A program made the translations under genes and the position numbers. A stretch of 64,000 bases of DNA from a virus (taxonomy: Duplodnaviria > Caudoviricetes). The notes beneath the pieces are model-generated. The model was not told the DNA's origin. It saw only the letters and a program-made list of their open reading frames with translations, and did not search any database. Shown one piece after another: positions 56,579 through 64,000 of this stretch (the stretch's first letter is position 1; the number at the start of each line of letters is the position of its first letter). The stretch lies in the IMG/VR virus record IMGVR_UViG_3300044616_000676, positions 33 to 64,032 of that record, one strand, 5' to 3'.

Positions 56579-57130
56579 TTAGTCTAAAATACGGTAAGCA
56601 ATGATGTCATGGCCTTCTTCAGCGTGGTCCCAATCAAATTTTTTTGCTGGACCAATATCCGTTTCCCCGTTGCGAAATTTCACCTCACACTTGGTGTCTT
56701 CGGGAATCGGACATTTGCTGAGCAGAGGAACGCAGCAAAACAATTCTGATCCGGGATATTCTGGAATCAAACCCTTACGCTTGGTTCTTTCTTGAATCGG
56801 ACACCTGTCACCATTCCACAGAATCCAGTCGGGTTCCGTTTTGGTGTCCTCGCATTGGTCGGAACAGACTTCTTTCCGCAGTTCCTCGCGGGCTGCTTTC
56901 CATAATTGAAAAGCGTCTTCTTCATTGCAGAAAGTAATGCGGTTTACTTTCCACCAAGCATCAAACGCCTTCCGCTCTTCGTCCTTGGGGAACTCGTAGC
57001 CGATGGAGTCGAGGACATGCTTCAAAGCCAGCATCCTTGCCCCCTCTATGCTTTGACCGTTATAAAGTGCCTTCCTCCGTTTGTAGGCAAACATATCCGC
57101 TAGTTCCTTGAGTGTGTAGTTTTTGTTCAT
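56579..57130 (-). CDS. hypothetical phage protein
   Basis: FDAWW...W.AA and WI.WNG..CP...V.FRNG...W.H....DIIAYR modules. Confidence 0.7.
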   Translation of the reverse strand: MNKNYTLKELADMFAYKRRKALYNGQSIEGARMLALKHVLDSIGYEFPKDEERKAFDAWWKVNRITFCNEEDAFQLWKAAREELRKEVCSDQCEDTKTEPDWILWNGDRCPIQERTKRKGLIPEYPGSELFCCVPLLSKCPIPEDTKCEVKFRNGETDIGPAKKFDWDHAEEGHDIIAYRILD

Positions 57131-57462
57131 GGCTTCAAAATCAGTTCAATCTGCTTAATCACGTTCGCAAGATACTTGGTCTGCTCCCCCGTCAAATTAC
57201 CCCCATGAAATCCCAAAAGGGTGCTCAACTGAAGATACACATTCCGCATAATCAACAAAGCCTCCTCCAGCTTCTTCTCAGCCTTCCCCTCCCGCGCCAG
57301 CTTCTCGCAAGCATCGTCTAGCCAAATGCCAATGTCCTCCGGCTCAAGCTGGTCGTCGTGCTCGCCCCTCCGCCATTTGTTGAAGTATCTTAGATTATCA
57401 ATGAGTTCAGTTGTCATGTTCATATCGTAGGACCAACCCCTTCTCACATCCACCTCCATCAC
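57127..57462 (-). CDS. hypothetical protein
   Basis: L..FN.WRRG....P..IG..LD motif; start codon uncertain. Confidence 0.6.
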   Translation of the reverse strand: MMEVDVRRGWSYDMNMTTELIDNLRYFNKWRRGEHDDQLEPEDIGIWLDDACEKLAREGKAEKKLEEALLIMRNVYLQLSTLLGFHGGNLTGEQTKYLANVIKQIELILKP

Positions 57463-57483
57463 GCAAGTATAAAGTAGAAGATA

Positions 57484-57708
57484 TTATTCAGAGGGTGGCT
57501 CAGACGATCCAGCAGACCTACCCCTCGGCATACACCCACACGATTTCGTCTTCCCCCGCTTCAAGTTCTGATACATCGCCTCCATCCGACACCCACAATC
57601 ACACTCGCATAACCACTTCGATAACCCATGCAAATTCCGAGAGATAAACGATAAAACAACCAACGACCCAAATCGCTGACCCTTCAATGACTGTGGCTTG
57701 CGTCCCAT
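57484..57708 (-). CDS. truncated homing-endonuclease N-terminal Zn domain (no nuclease domain)
   Basis: L.GQRFG.LVV...WLC.CDCG...L..G.TKSCGC followed by a stop. Confidence 0.7.
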   Translation of the reverse strand: MGRKPQSLKGQRFGSLVVLSFISRNLHGLSKWLCECDCGCRMEAMYQNLKRGKTKSCGCMPRGRSAGSSEPPSE

Positions 57709-57711
57709 AAG

Positions 57712-58470
57712 TTAAGAATTGGTTACATCTATGAATGCCCCTATGAACTCCGCCGCGACTTGCGGAACGATTGCATTGCCGTAACCGTGGCATCCGACCA
57801 CCCTTGAGGGTAGCCCATCATCCATGCTCCGAAGCAAGGGTTGAGGCCAACGATCATTTCCGGCGAATGGGTTGCTAACCAAAGCCTGCATATCCTTTTC
57901 GCCACACCAGTTCCATTGTCCAGGGAAGAAAGTATTCGGGCGCGACTCCAATCTCTGCCCTCTCTGGCTGAGATTGTGGGCAACCCAATAAAGTCTCTGC
58001 CTGATGTGCGGTGCGCCAACGCTGTGTGCGCCCAATACGGTCGCCCCGCAGGTGTAACCTTCTGCTTCCAAGTCTGCTGATACTCCATCAAGCCACCCAT
58101 GCCCAATCGCTGACGCAACCTGTTCCCCAAAGACATGCTCAGGTCGGCACTGGCGGATGAGTTCAAAGAACACGGGCCAGAGATGCCGCTCGTCTGCTGC
58201 TCCAAGACCTTTTCCTGCTGCGGAGAATGGCTGGCAAGGACAGCTTCCCGTCCACACAGGTCGCTCACTTGACCATCCTGCAAGCTGCAAGGCAAGGCTC
58301 CACCCTCCAATTCCAGCAAAGAAATGACATTGGGTGAAACCACGCAAGTCGTCGGGCGACACTTCCGCGATGCTTCGCTCATCAACGTGTCCATCAGGGA
58401 TTGCTCCCACTTTGATGAGTTCACGAAGCCATGCTGCTGTTTTAGGGTCATATTCATTGTAGTAATTCAT
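57712..58470 (-). CDS. C5 DNA cytosine methyltransferase, alpha-type subunit
   Basis: FFAGIGG (I), GSCPCQPFS (IV), EQV (VI), APH.RQR (VIII), GYGNAIVP (X). Confidence 0.9.
   Translation of the reverse strand: MNYYNEYDPKTAAWLRELIKVGAIPDGHVDERSIAEVSPDDLRGFTQCHFFAGIGGWSLALQLAGWSSERPVWTGSCPCQPFSAAGKGLGAADERHLWPVFFELIRQCRPEHVFGEQVASAIGHGWLDGVSADLEAEGYTCGATVLGAHSVGAPHIRQRLYWVAHNLSQRGQRLESRPNTFFPGQWNWCGEKDMQALVSNPFAGNDRWPQPLLRSMDDGLPSRVVGCHGYGNAIVPQVAAEFIGAFIDVTNS
57741..58457 (-). CDS. C5 methyltransferase beta-type subunit in an alternative frame (true start probably internal)
   Basis: C-terminal LNP.F..WMMGYP.GW is the motif IX missing from the alpha frame, as in M.EcoHK31I. Confidence 0.7.
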   Translation of the reverse strand: MNMTLKQQHGFVNSSKWEQSLMDTLMSEASRKCRPTTCVVSPNVISLLELEGGALPCSLQDGQVSDLCGREAVLASHSPQQEKVLEQQTSGISGPCSLNSSASADLSMSLGNRLRQRLGMGGLMEYQQTWKQKVTPAGRPYWAHTALAHRTSGRDFIGLPTISAREGRDWSRARILSSLDNGTGVAKRICRLWLATHSPEMIVGLNPCFGAWMMGYPQGWSDATVTAMQSFRKSRRSS

Positions 58471-58877
58471 GATTAAAGTAGAAGATACTTTTCAAAGGTA
58501 GAGCTAAAATCCAGACAACACCCCCACCCTCACGGAAATCACTCGCTCTCCAAACAAAGGGGGTGGTGGTCAATTCAAAACCCTGACAGAACTCCATTCA
58601 ATGTCAAATGGTAGAAGATATATTTGAGGTGGATTTATGAAGAGGGGCTACGCATACCAGCCGCCCGTGGTTTTGCCCCCCGCCGGGGCCGGGCGTGGTG
58701 TCCCTTGCTCTTGCTTTGGACTACCCACTGCCGCGCCTGCCCCCCTGCTCTGCCGTTGTCCTGCTCTCATGCGCAAACGCTAGCACTTGCCATGCTCCAG
58801 CTTGAATCTTTCCATGTATTTACTTTGTAGCTAACTCCCATCAAGATCACTAAAGCAGACAAGTTGGCCTGATCGCC

Positions 58878-59456
58878 TCAGGAATTGAACGAATCCCCAT
58901 AGTTTCCGCTATCTTCCACAATTTCTGCCTCACACTCTATGATATTTGGATCCTCTTGACCTCCTCCAAAGGCAAAAGCCTGGTTTACGTTAACGATTGG
59001 CTGTGACCATTTACCCGCCAAGGCCGCCATTTTGAAGATTCTTTCGATATCGGCGATATTTTCGATGGCTAAATGGTCGATTTCGCCAGAAGCGCGCTGG
59101 AGCCCTTTTTGGGCTATTTTAGAGGCGAGGAGCAGATTCGAGGCTGAAAGTCCCTCCGCACTCTCCGAAACTTTTTGGGCGACTTTTTGCGCCAAAGAAG
59201 CCGTTTCACCCCTTTCTGTTAAATTCGCGGTTAAGTTTTCCTTATCTTCTCCTTTTTCGACCTTTGCGGCAGTGTTAACTAGTTCAGCGTTTGCGCTATA
59301 GGCTGCTTTCCAGATTGGATCGAGGAACCGGCGCTGGCGAATAGCGTTTCGCTCTACTCCGAAACTGTCTGCTAGTTGGCTATCGGGGACGCCGCGAATG
59401 GATGCCGCTTTTAGTGCTTCCCATGCTTCCGGTGAAATGACTGGATGATTTGCCAT
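58878..59456 (-). CDS. putative terminase small subunit
   Basis: N-terminal HTH (W......G....LA..FGV...AIR.R....W), helical middle, VNVN...IIE.E tail. Confidence 0.6.
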   Translation of the reverse strand: MANHPVISPEAWEALKAASIRGVPDSQLADSFGVERNAIRQRRFLDPIWKAAYSANAELVNTAAKVEKGEDKENLTANLTERGETASLAQKVAQKVSESAEGLSASNLLLASKIAQKGLQRASGEIDHLAIENIADIERIFKMAALAGKWSQPIVNVNQAFAFGGGQEDPNIIECEAEIVEDSGNYGDSFNS

Positions 59457-59496
59457 AAGTTACGCTCCCTCTTTTCCTTCTACCTTTCAAGGGGAA

Positions 59497-59512
59497 AGTT
59501 CCACGTGGAACA
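59497..59512. promoter_or_regulatory. parS-like palindrome aGTTCCACGTGGAACa
   Basis: 15/16 match to the chromosomal parS variant TGTTCCACGTGGAACA; intergenic. Confidence 0.7.
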
Positions 59513-59550
59513 TTATGGAAATTATAATCAGAAAAGATGGGGTGAGGGTA

Positions 59551-59580
59551 TTGACATCTCCCACAAGGGAGAATATATAT
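59551..59580 (+). promoter_or_regulatory. sigma70-type early promoter
   Basis: TTGACA-17nt-TATATA upstream of the early gene cluster. Confidence 0.6.
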
Positions 59581-59608
59581 ATCACCACGCCACAAAGGCT
59601 ATCACTAT

Positions 59609-59827
59609 ATGACTATAACACTCTCATTTGAAACGTTGTTAGTAGGCTCCGACTTTGCCGGAGCAATAACCGGCCCTTATCGCTCTCACGGTGAGGTGGA
59701 AATTTTACCTTCAGGCAAACGCCTCAAGGTTCTCTCAACAGAAAATTGTGCTAACACTTCCGACGCTCTGATTAGAGCAATGCGGAAAGAAGGCGTTCGG
59801 GGGAATATAATGACGCAAGCTCTTTAA
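59609..59827 (+). CDS. early hypothetical protein
   Basis: First ORF after the promoter. Confidence 0.55.
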   Translation: MTITLSFETLLVGSDFAGAITGPYRSHGEVEILPSGKRLKVLSTENCANTSDALIRAMRKEGVRGNIMTQAL

Positions 59828-59891
59828 TCCATCCCAAAGGGGGGGGCGCGCATCCTACACGCGAAAACCACAAACCAAACCAAAACACGAT

Positions 59892-60161
59892 ATGACAACG
59901 CAAGCCACACCAAAAACCTACGGCCTCAGCTACTGGATAAATCAAACCATGCAAACTCGTCATTGGGGGCATACCTATGTCCACGCTGGCGCTCGCAATG
60001 CCGCCCCTTTCAGTTTCCGCGCTTTTGAGCATGATGGGATTGTTTTTAGCTTTAGCTCTTGGGGCCGGTCACTTGTTCGCGGCGGACACAAATACAAAGT
60101 CCACGCTCGTTACGCTGACAGCGGCAAGCCAGTCCCTGCCAAAGTGCTTAAAAATCTTTAA
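59892..60161 (+). CDS. early hypothetical protein
   Basis: A/C-rich initiation region. Confidence 0.65.
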   Translation: MTTQATPKTYGLSYWINQTMQTRHWGHTYVHAGARNAAPFSFRAFEHDGIVFSFSSWGRSLVRGGHKYKVHARYADSGKPVPAKVLKNL

Positions 60162-60174
60162 TTCTTCCTCTCCC

Positions 60175-60306
60175 ATGACCAAACGCGAACTCGCCCACAT
60201 CCGCGCCTTCCGCGCATCCCTAATCGAGCTTGCCCGCCTCATCGCTGGCACGCTCCTGATCGCCGTCGCTGTCGCCTCTCTACCGTTCCTTTTCGCCGTC
60301 CTATGA
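60175..60306 (+). CDS. small membrane peptide (43 aa)
   Basis: C-terminal hydrophobic helix; ATGA-coupled to the next gene. Confidence 0.55.
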   Translation: MTKRELAHIRAFRASLIELARLIAGTLLIAVAVASLPFLFAVL

Positions 60307-60626
60307 AAACAGCCCCCAAATACCTTCAAGAGATTTACGGCCCTATCAGCCCCGAAACATGGGCCGAATGGCTCGCCCTTGTCCAGCAAGCCAAGGCCGT
60401 TCTTTCCTCGCCGTCATGCGACTGGAGCGCCGCCCGCGCCTTCTTTGACTCATGCGGACCGGTTCAAGGCGGCCTTTCTAGCGCCAGTTCTAGCCTCAAA
60501 ACAAAGCGCCCCTTTCCTTGGTGCGGCGTTCACATGCATTTCCAGACCTGCACGCGCTCAATCTCGCTAGACGTTGAAACGCACGATTCTGACATCCGCA
60601 CCCTCGCCGAGTTTATCGAAGATTAA
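60303..60626 (+). CDS. early hypothetical protein
   Basis: Coupled ORF. Confidence 0.55.
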   Translation: MKTAPKYLQEIYGPISPETWAEWLALVQQAKAVLSSPSCDWSAARAFFDSCGPVQGGLSSASSSLKTKRPFPWCGVHMHFQTCTRSISLDVETHDSDIRTLAEFIED

Positions 60627-60643
60627 CCTCAACCCGCCAAAAT

Positions 60644-60760
60644 ATGACGCCCGCACAAGAGCAAGCCCGCCTAGAAGCCGCCCTCGCCCACGATCTTTTC
60701 GGCGGCATCTTGCTCGCCGGTTTGACAGTTGCGCTGGCGTTTTTGCTAGCTGTTAAGTAA
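60644..60760 (+). CDS. small membrane peptide (38 aa)
   Basis: MTPAQEQARLEAALAHDLFGGILLAGLTVALAFLLAVK. Confidence 0.5.
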   Translation: MTPAQEQARLEAALAHDLFGGILLAGLTVALAFLLAVK

Positions 60761-60778
60761 CTCAAAATATCCTCACCT

Positions 60779-61162
60779 ATGAAAACCGAACTACAAAAAA
60801 AATTGGCCAAAATTGCCCCCAGCGTCTCTATCGTAACCTTTTGGAGCCATGACCCCGACCTTCGAGACATCCGCGAAGATTGCGATGGCTTCGACGATGA
60901 AGACCCAGACGACTGGCAGGCGTGGCTAAGCGAGGTTCGAGCCTCAGCTATCGCCGACGGCGAAGAGATCAGCGGCTCCGCTTACCTTGGCGGAACTTGG
61001 GAAAAAGCGGATGATGTGCCGGAAATATCAAACCCTACGATCTCAGGCTATGAGCGCCAAATGACAGAGGAAGCTCTTCGCGAGCTTGGCGAACAAATAA
61101 CGAATGAAATGCTTTGCAGCCAAATCATTGAAGCCCTTCGTTTTTTGGAAACTGCCGAATAA
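60779..61162 (+). CDS. acidic early hypothetical protein
   Basis: G.AYLGG...GY..QM..EAL motif. Confidence 0.7.
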   Translation: MKTELQKKLAKIAPSVSIVTFWSHDPDLRDIREDCDGFDDEDPDDWQAWLSEVRASAIADGEEISGSAYLGGTWEKADDVPEISNPTISGYERQMTEEALRELGEQITNEMLCSQIIEALRFLETAE

Positions 61163-61195
61163 TCCCCCCCAAACTAAACCAGACACCCACACAAT

Positions 61196-61645
61196 ATGAA
61201 AACGAAAGAAACATACCTTGCCGCCTTGTTTAAGTTTGTCAGCCAGCGCCCCGGCCTTGAGTTCGGACATTACGGAAGCGCCGCCGCTTATCGCTCCGAG
61301 TCTCGGAGAATTACCCGCCAACGTCATGATTTTCGGCGCCTTGCTCATGAAGTGGAGCTGCTCCCCAACGGGATCAGCGCCGAAAAATTGATTGAGGCTT
61401 CAAAATCGGCTTTTTCCGGTCGCCTCACATTCGTGGAAAAGGGCGACAAGGTGGGCGTTGACTATTGCGCCGGTCAGTATTTCCCGACCGAGTATAGAGC
61501 TGCCGCCTGCGCCGTGCTCGCTTCCGCGCTTTGGGACTATTACCGCGCCAACATTCCGCCAGAAACGGAAAACAAAGGCGACAAGCTCCGCGCCAAGTTT
61601 TGCAGAATGTTTGGCGCTTCCATCGCGAGCCGTTGGTTTGACTAA
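61196..61645 (+). CDS. conserved early hypothetical protein
   Basis: F..QRPGLE...YG....YRSE.R.IT, AFSGRL, YC.GQYFPTEYR.AA. Confidence 0.75.
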   Translation: MKTKETYLAALFKFVSQRPGLEFGHYGSAAAYRSESRRITRQRHDFRRLAHEVELLPNGISAEKLIEASKSAFSGRLTFVEKGDKVGVDYCAGQYFPTEYRAAACAVLASALWDYYRANIPPETENKGDKLRAKFCRMFGASIASRWFD

Positions 61646-61664
61646 CCTTTACCCCTTCCACAAT

Positions 61665-61808
61665 ATGACCCAAGATTCTAATTCACTCAGCGCCCACTAT
61701 CGCGCCACCTCCGCCAAGCTCGCCAGAAGTCGCCAAATCAGGGAGGGCATAACTTGGCTCTCTCTCTGGCTCTCCGCTGGCCTTGCCGCCGCGTTTGCGA
61801 TGCTTTGA
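61665..61808 (+). CDS. small membrane peptide (47 aa)
   Basis: Basic N-terminus and C-terminal hydrophobic helix. Confidence 0.5.
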   Translation: MTQDSNSLSAHYRATSAKLARSRQIREGITWLSLWLSAGLAAAFAML

Positions 61809-61870
61809 CGTTCATCCCGTCCCTGCTCAGGCGGGGGCGGCATTGAGCGCCAAAAGCGCCATCACACAAT

Positions 61871-62065
61871 ATGAAACAGATACAACTCCAAGCCCACGAT
61901 CTCGACAACAACCGCGTTCTGCGAGCCGCAGGCGTTCGCCGGATTTTTCCAGGATGGTACACTGTGACCTATAACGGCGCAAAGCTCGATTGCTCGACGG
62001 TCACAAGCGCCAAACGCAACCGTAAAGGCGCAATTCGTTATGCGCCACCGACTGGCTGCTATTAA
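61871..62065 (+). CDS. early hypothetical protein
   Basis: A/C-rich initiation region. Confidence 0.5.
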   Translation: MKQIQLQAHDLDNNRVLRAAGVRRIFPGWYTVTYNGAKLDCSTVTSAKRNRKGAIRYAPPTGCY

Positions 62066-62070
62066 GAGCC

Positions 62071-62256
62071 ATGAACCCCGAACTAGAAACCAAGTTAGAA
62101 CGCCTTTTCGACGCGATGGAGGCCAAACAAGCTGAAATCCGGCGAGAGGCCGAAGACCAAAAACTTTCTCGCCATCGCTACTGGTGGCAAGAGCCGCAAA
62201 CAAACGAAACACCATGCCAAGAAAACACGCTCGCTTCCTCATCTCCTACGCCATAA
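62071..62256 (+). CDS. early hypothetical protein
   Basis: ORF in the cluster. Confidence 0.45.
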   Translation: MNPELETKLERLFDAMEAKQAEIRREAEDQKLSRHRYWWQEPQTNETPCQENTLASSSPTP

Positions 62257-62384
62257 CAGGCAAAACCTACACGATCACCCTTCCCGGCTTGTCTGCTAGT
62301 CACATCTGGCGATCATGGGACCGCCCCGGTTCTACGCTTTTAAACGTGGTTGAATGCGACCACCACGGATTGCCAGAGCAGTAA
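62214..62384 (+). CDS. early hypothetical protein (MPRKHARFLI...)
   Basis: Internal ATG of the 62184..62384 frame after an A/C-rich leader. Confidence 0.45.
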   Translation: MPRKHARFLISYAITGKTYTITLPGLSASHIWRSWDRPGSTLLNVVECDHHGLPEQ

Positions 62385-62443
62385 AGAGAGCAGTAAAAAC
62401 CATTTGCCTACCTGAGAAAGAGCCGTAAATCAAAATCCATAAT

Positions 62444-63172
62444 ATGACAAAAGATATGACCATCGAACAATTTTGCACCAAACACAAAGCCTGCAAAGAA
62501 GGCAAAAAATGGGCTTCAGCCTACTGCGCTTCAATGGAGGGGGTGTGGAGAAAAGCCAAACCAGCTTGGCTTCTTTGGGTCGCCACGCGGCCTTCGGTAT
62601 TGACCGATAAAGAGCTTCGGTTATTTGCGGTGTTCGCCGCAAGGCAAGTGCAACACTTGATGACCGATTCGCGCTCAATAGCAGCTATTGATGTTGCAGA
62701 ACGGTTTGCGAATGGCGAAGCGAGTGTCGAGGAACTTGAAACAGCATACGCAGTAGCAAGGGCAGTAGCAAGGGCAGCAGCATACACAGCAGCATACGCA
62801 ACAACAAGCGCAGCAAGGGCAGCAGCAAGGGTAGCAACATCGGCAGCAAGGGCAGCAACATGGGCATCAGACGCAGCAGCATCGGCAGCAAGGACAGCAG
62901 CAAACGAAGCAAACGCAGCAAGGGCAGCAGCATACGCATCAGACGCAGCAGCAGAAGCAGAAGCATACGCAGCAACAGGAGCAGAAGCATACGCAGCAGC
63001 ATGGGCAGTAGCAAAGGCAGTAGCAACAGACGTAGCATCATGCGCAGCAAGGGCAGCAGCAGACAACGCAAGGGTGGCAGCATACGCAGCAGCATGGGCA
63101 ACAAACAACGCAGCCATGAAAGAATCTCAAGCCACATGGCTCCGGGAAAACACCACGCCTAATTTTCTATGA
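62444..63172 (+). CDS. Imm5-like domain protein with Ala-rich repeats
   Basis: LRLFAV..ARQV.HL.TD.RS..A.DVAERFA.G.A..EEL, then (AA.AA)n, then Q...LR. Confidence 0.7.
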   Translation: MTKDMTIEQFCTKHKACKEGKKWASAYCASMEGVWRKAKPAWLLWVATRPSVLTDKELRLFAVFAARQVQHLMTDSRSIAAIDVAERFANGEASVEELETAYAVARAVARAAAYTAAYATTSAARAAARVATSAARAATWASDAAASAARTAANEANAARAAAYASDAAAEAEAYAATGAEAYAAAWAVAKAVATDVASCAARAAADNARVAAYAAAWATNNAAMKESQATWLRENTTPNFL

Positions 63173-63369
63173 AAACACCAAACTCAATAGTCGAGCTTCT
63201 TCGGAAGCATCACAACGAAGCTGCATCACCTATGGCCTTCATTCGGGCTATACGCGAGAAGTGCGGAGTCCACACATCCAGCGTCTATCGCTGGCTCAAC
63301 GGAGAAAAGTTTCCGAACGGTCAGCACACGTTATCCATACTCGATTACCTTAACGAGCAAGAGCCGTAA
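63169..63369 (+). CDS. Cro/XRE-like HTH protein
   Basis: CGVHTSSVYRWLNGEK.P. Confidence 0.75.
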   Translation: MKTPNSIVELLRKHHNEAASPMAFIRAIREKCGVHTSSVYRWLNGEKFPNGQHTLSILDYLNEQEP

Positions 63370-63370
63370 A

Positions 63371-63457
63371 ATGAAACTACTCGCTGATATTTTAATCGTT
63401 GTGTGGATCACCATTACGATCATCGTTGCCATTCATTTACTTTTCAAACTTGCATGA
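63371..63457 (+). CDS. 28-aa membrane peptide
   Basis: MKLLADILIVVWITITIIVAIHLLFKLA; stop overlaps the next ATG. Confidence 0.5.
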   Translation: MKLLADILIVVWITITIIVAIHLLFKLA

Positions 63458-63624
63458 GCCGTTACGGAAACTCAATGATCCCCAGTGATCGTCAATATGA
63501 TGAATACTACGCAATTCGTTGCGAAGATTGCAACGTGAAGCTCAACACCGAAGAACTCAAGCGAGGCGATCCATATCTCTGCGAGATTTGCTTTGAACGC
63601 GAACAAGAAACCGAAGAAGAATAA
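63454..63624 (+). CDS. small Zn-finger protein
   Basis: CEDC...CEIC; ATGA-coupled. Confidence 0.55.
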   Translation: MSRYGNSMIPSDRQYDEYYAIRCEDCNVKLNTEELKRGDPYLCEICFEREQETEEE

Positions 63625-63639
63625 ACACAAATAACCACC

Positions 63640-63903
63640 ATGAGCACACCACGACCAACACCAGAGACGGATGCAAAAGCATCGCCCCATATCGGGTTCT
63701 ATTCGTGTGCCACAGTCCCCGCCGACTTCGCACGCCGTCTTGAGCGCGAGCGCGACGAGGCGCGGGACCAGGTCCAAGCCATGCGCGAAGCCATCAGGGA
63801 AGTGTCTTTGCAACTGACCTTTGCCGAAAAAGTGTCCGGTGCCAGCGTCCTTCACATTTATGTTTATGACGCCCTCATCAAACTCCAACCCTTCCTGCCA
63901 TGA
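63640..63903 (+). CDS. hypothetical protein with TPETDA...FARRLERERDEAR motif
   Basis: Coiled-coil motif; coupled to the next ORF. Confidence 0.65.
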   Translation: MSTPRPTPETDAKASPHIGFYSCATVPADFARRLERERDEARDQVQAMREAIREVSLQLTFAEKVSGASVLHIYVYDALIKLQPFLP

Positions 63904-64000
63904 CCGACGAACAAATGAGAATCGCGATTGCGGAAAGCGTTGGCTACAAAGAGCTATTTATGGACAACGGAAAGTCCATGATCCCGCAAAGATGGGAATC
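63900..64000 (+). CDS. 5' part of a protein running off the window (MTDEQMRIAIAESVGY...)
   Basis: ATGA-coupled start and open to the window end. Confidence 0.65.
   Translation, partial: MTDEQMRIAIAESVGYKELFMDNGKSMIPQRWE

Noticed and set aside
62521-63162. Ala-, Leu- and Ser-rich alternative-frame ORFs
   Set aside because: Artefacts of the GCA repeat tract, which lacks stop codons in several frames.

Overview
The window is an apparently near-complete (~64 kb, circularly permuted) genome of a tailed dsDNA phage with podovirus-like architecture: portal, scaffold, major capsid, adaptor, large ejection-type proteins and tail fibres, and no sheath or tape-measure gene recognised. The host is probably a Gram-negative bacterium that does not rely on Shine-Dalgarno sites (inference from A/C-rich initiation regions and a spanin-like pair). 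The + strand 1-15.8 kb carries recombination and replication genes (RecT, RecE-like exonuclease, SSB-like protein, RuvC-like resolvase, initiator with internal iterons, primase-helicase), the large terminase and glycosyltransferases. The - strand 15.8-59.5 kb carries virion, lysis and accessory genes, interrupted by + strand HNH islands. The + strand 59.6-64 kb is an early region of small genes. No integrase, DNA polymerase, reverse transcriptase or CRISPR array was seen. The most notable observations are: (1) a coupled operon of a mucin-like Thr/Ser protein, an O-methyltransferase, a Maf/sialyltransferase-like protein and a GT2 inside the tail module, plus a tri-domain glycosyltransferase, which together suggest virion glycosylation; (2) an array of three tRNA-shaped RNAs without canonical anticodon arms behind a boxA-like motif; (3) a host-type parS site with no phage parB; (4) a diverged initiator paralog preceded by origin-like iterons; (5) a two-frame heterodimeric C5 methyltransferase. 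All calls come from reading motifs by eye; no database search was run.
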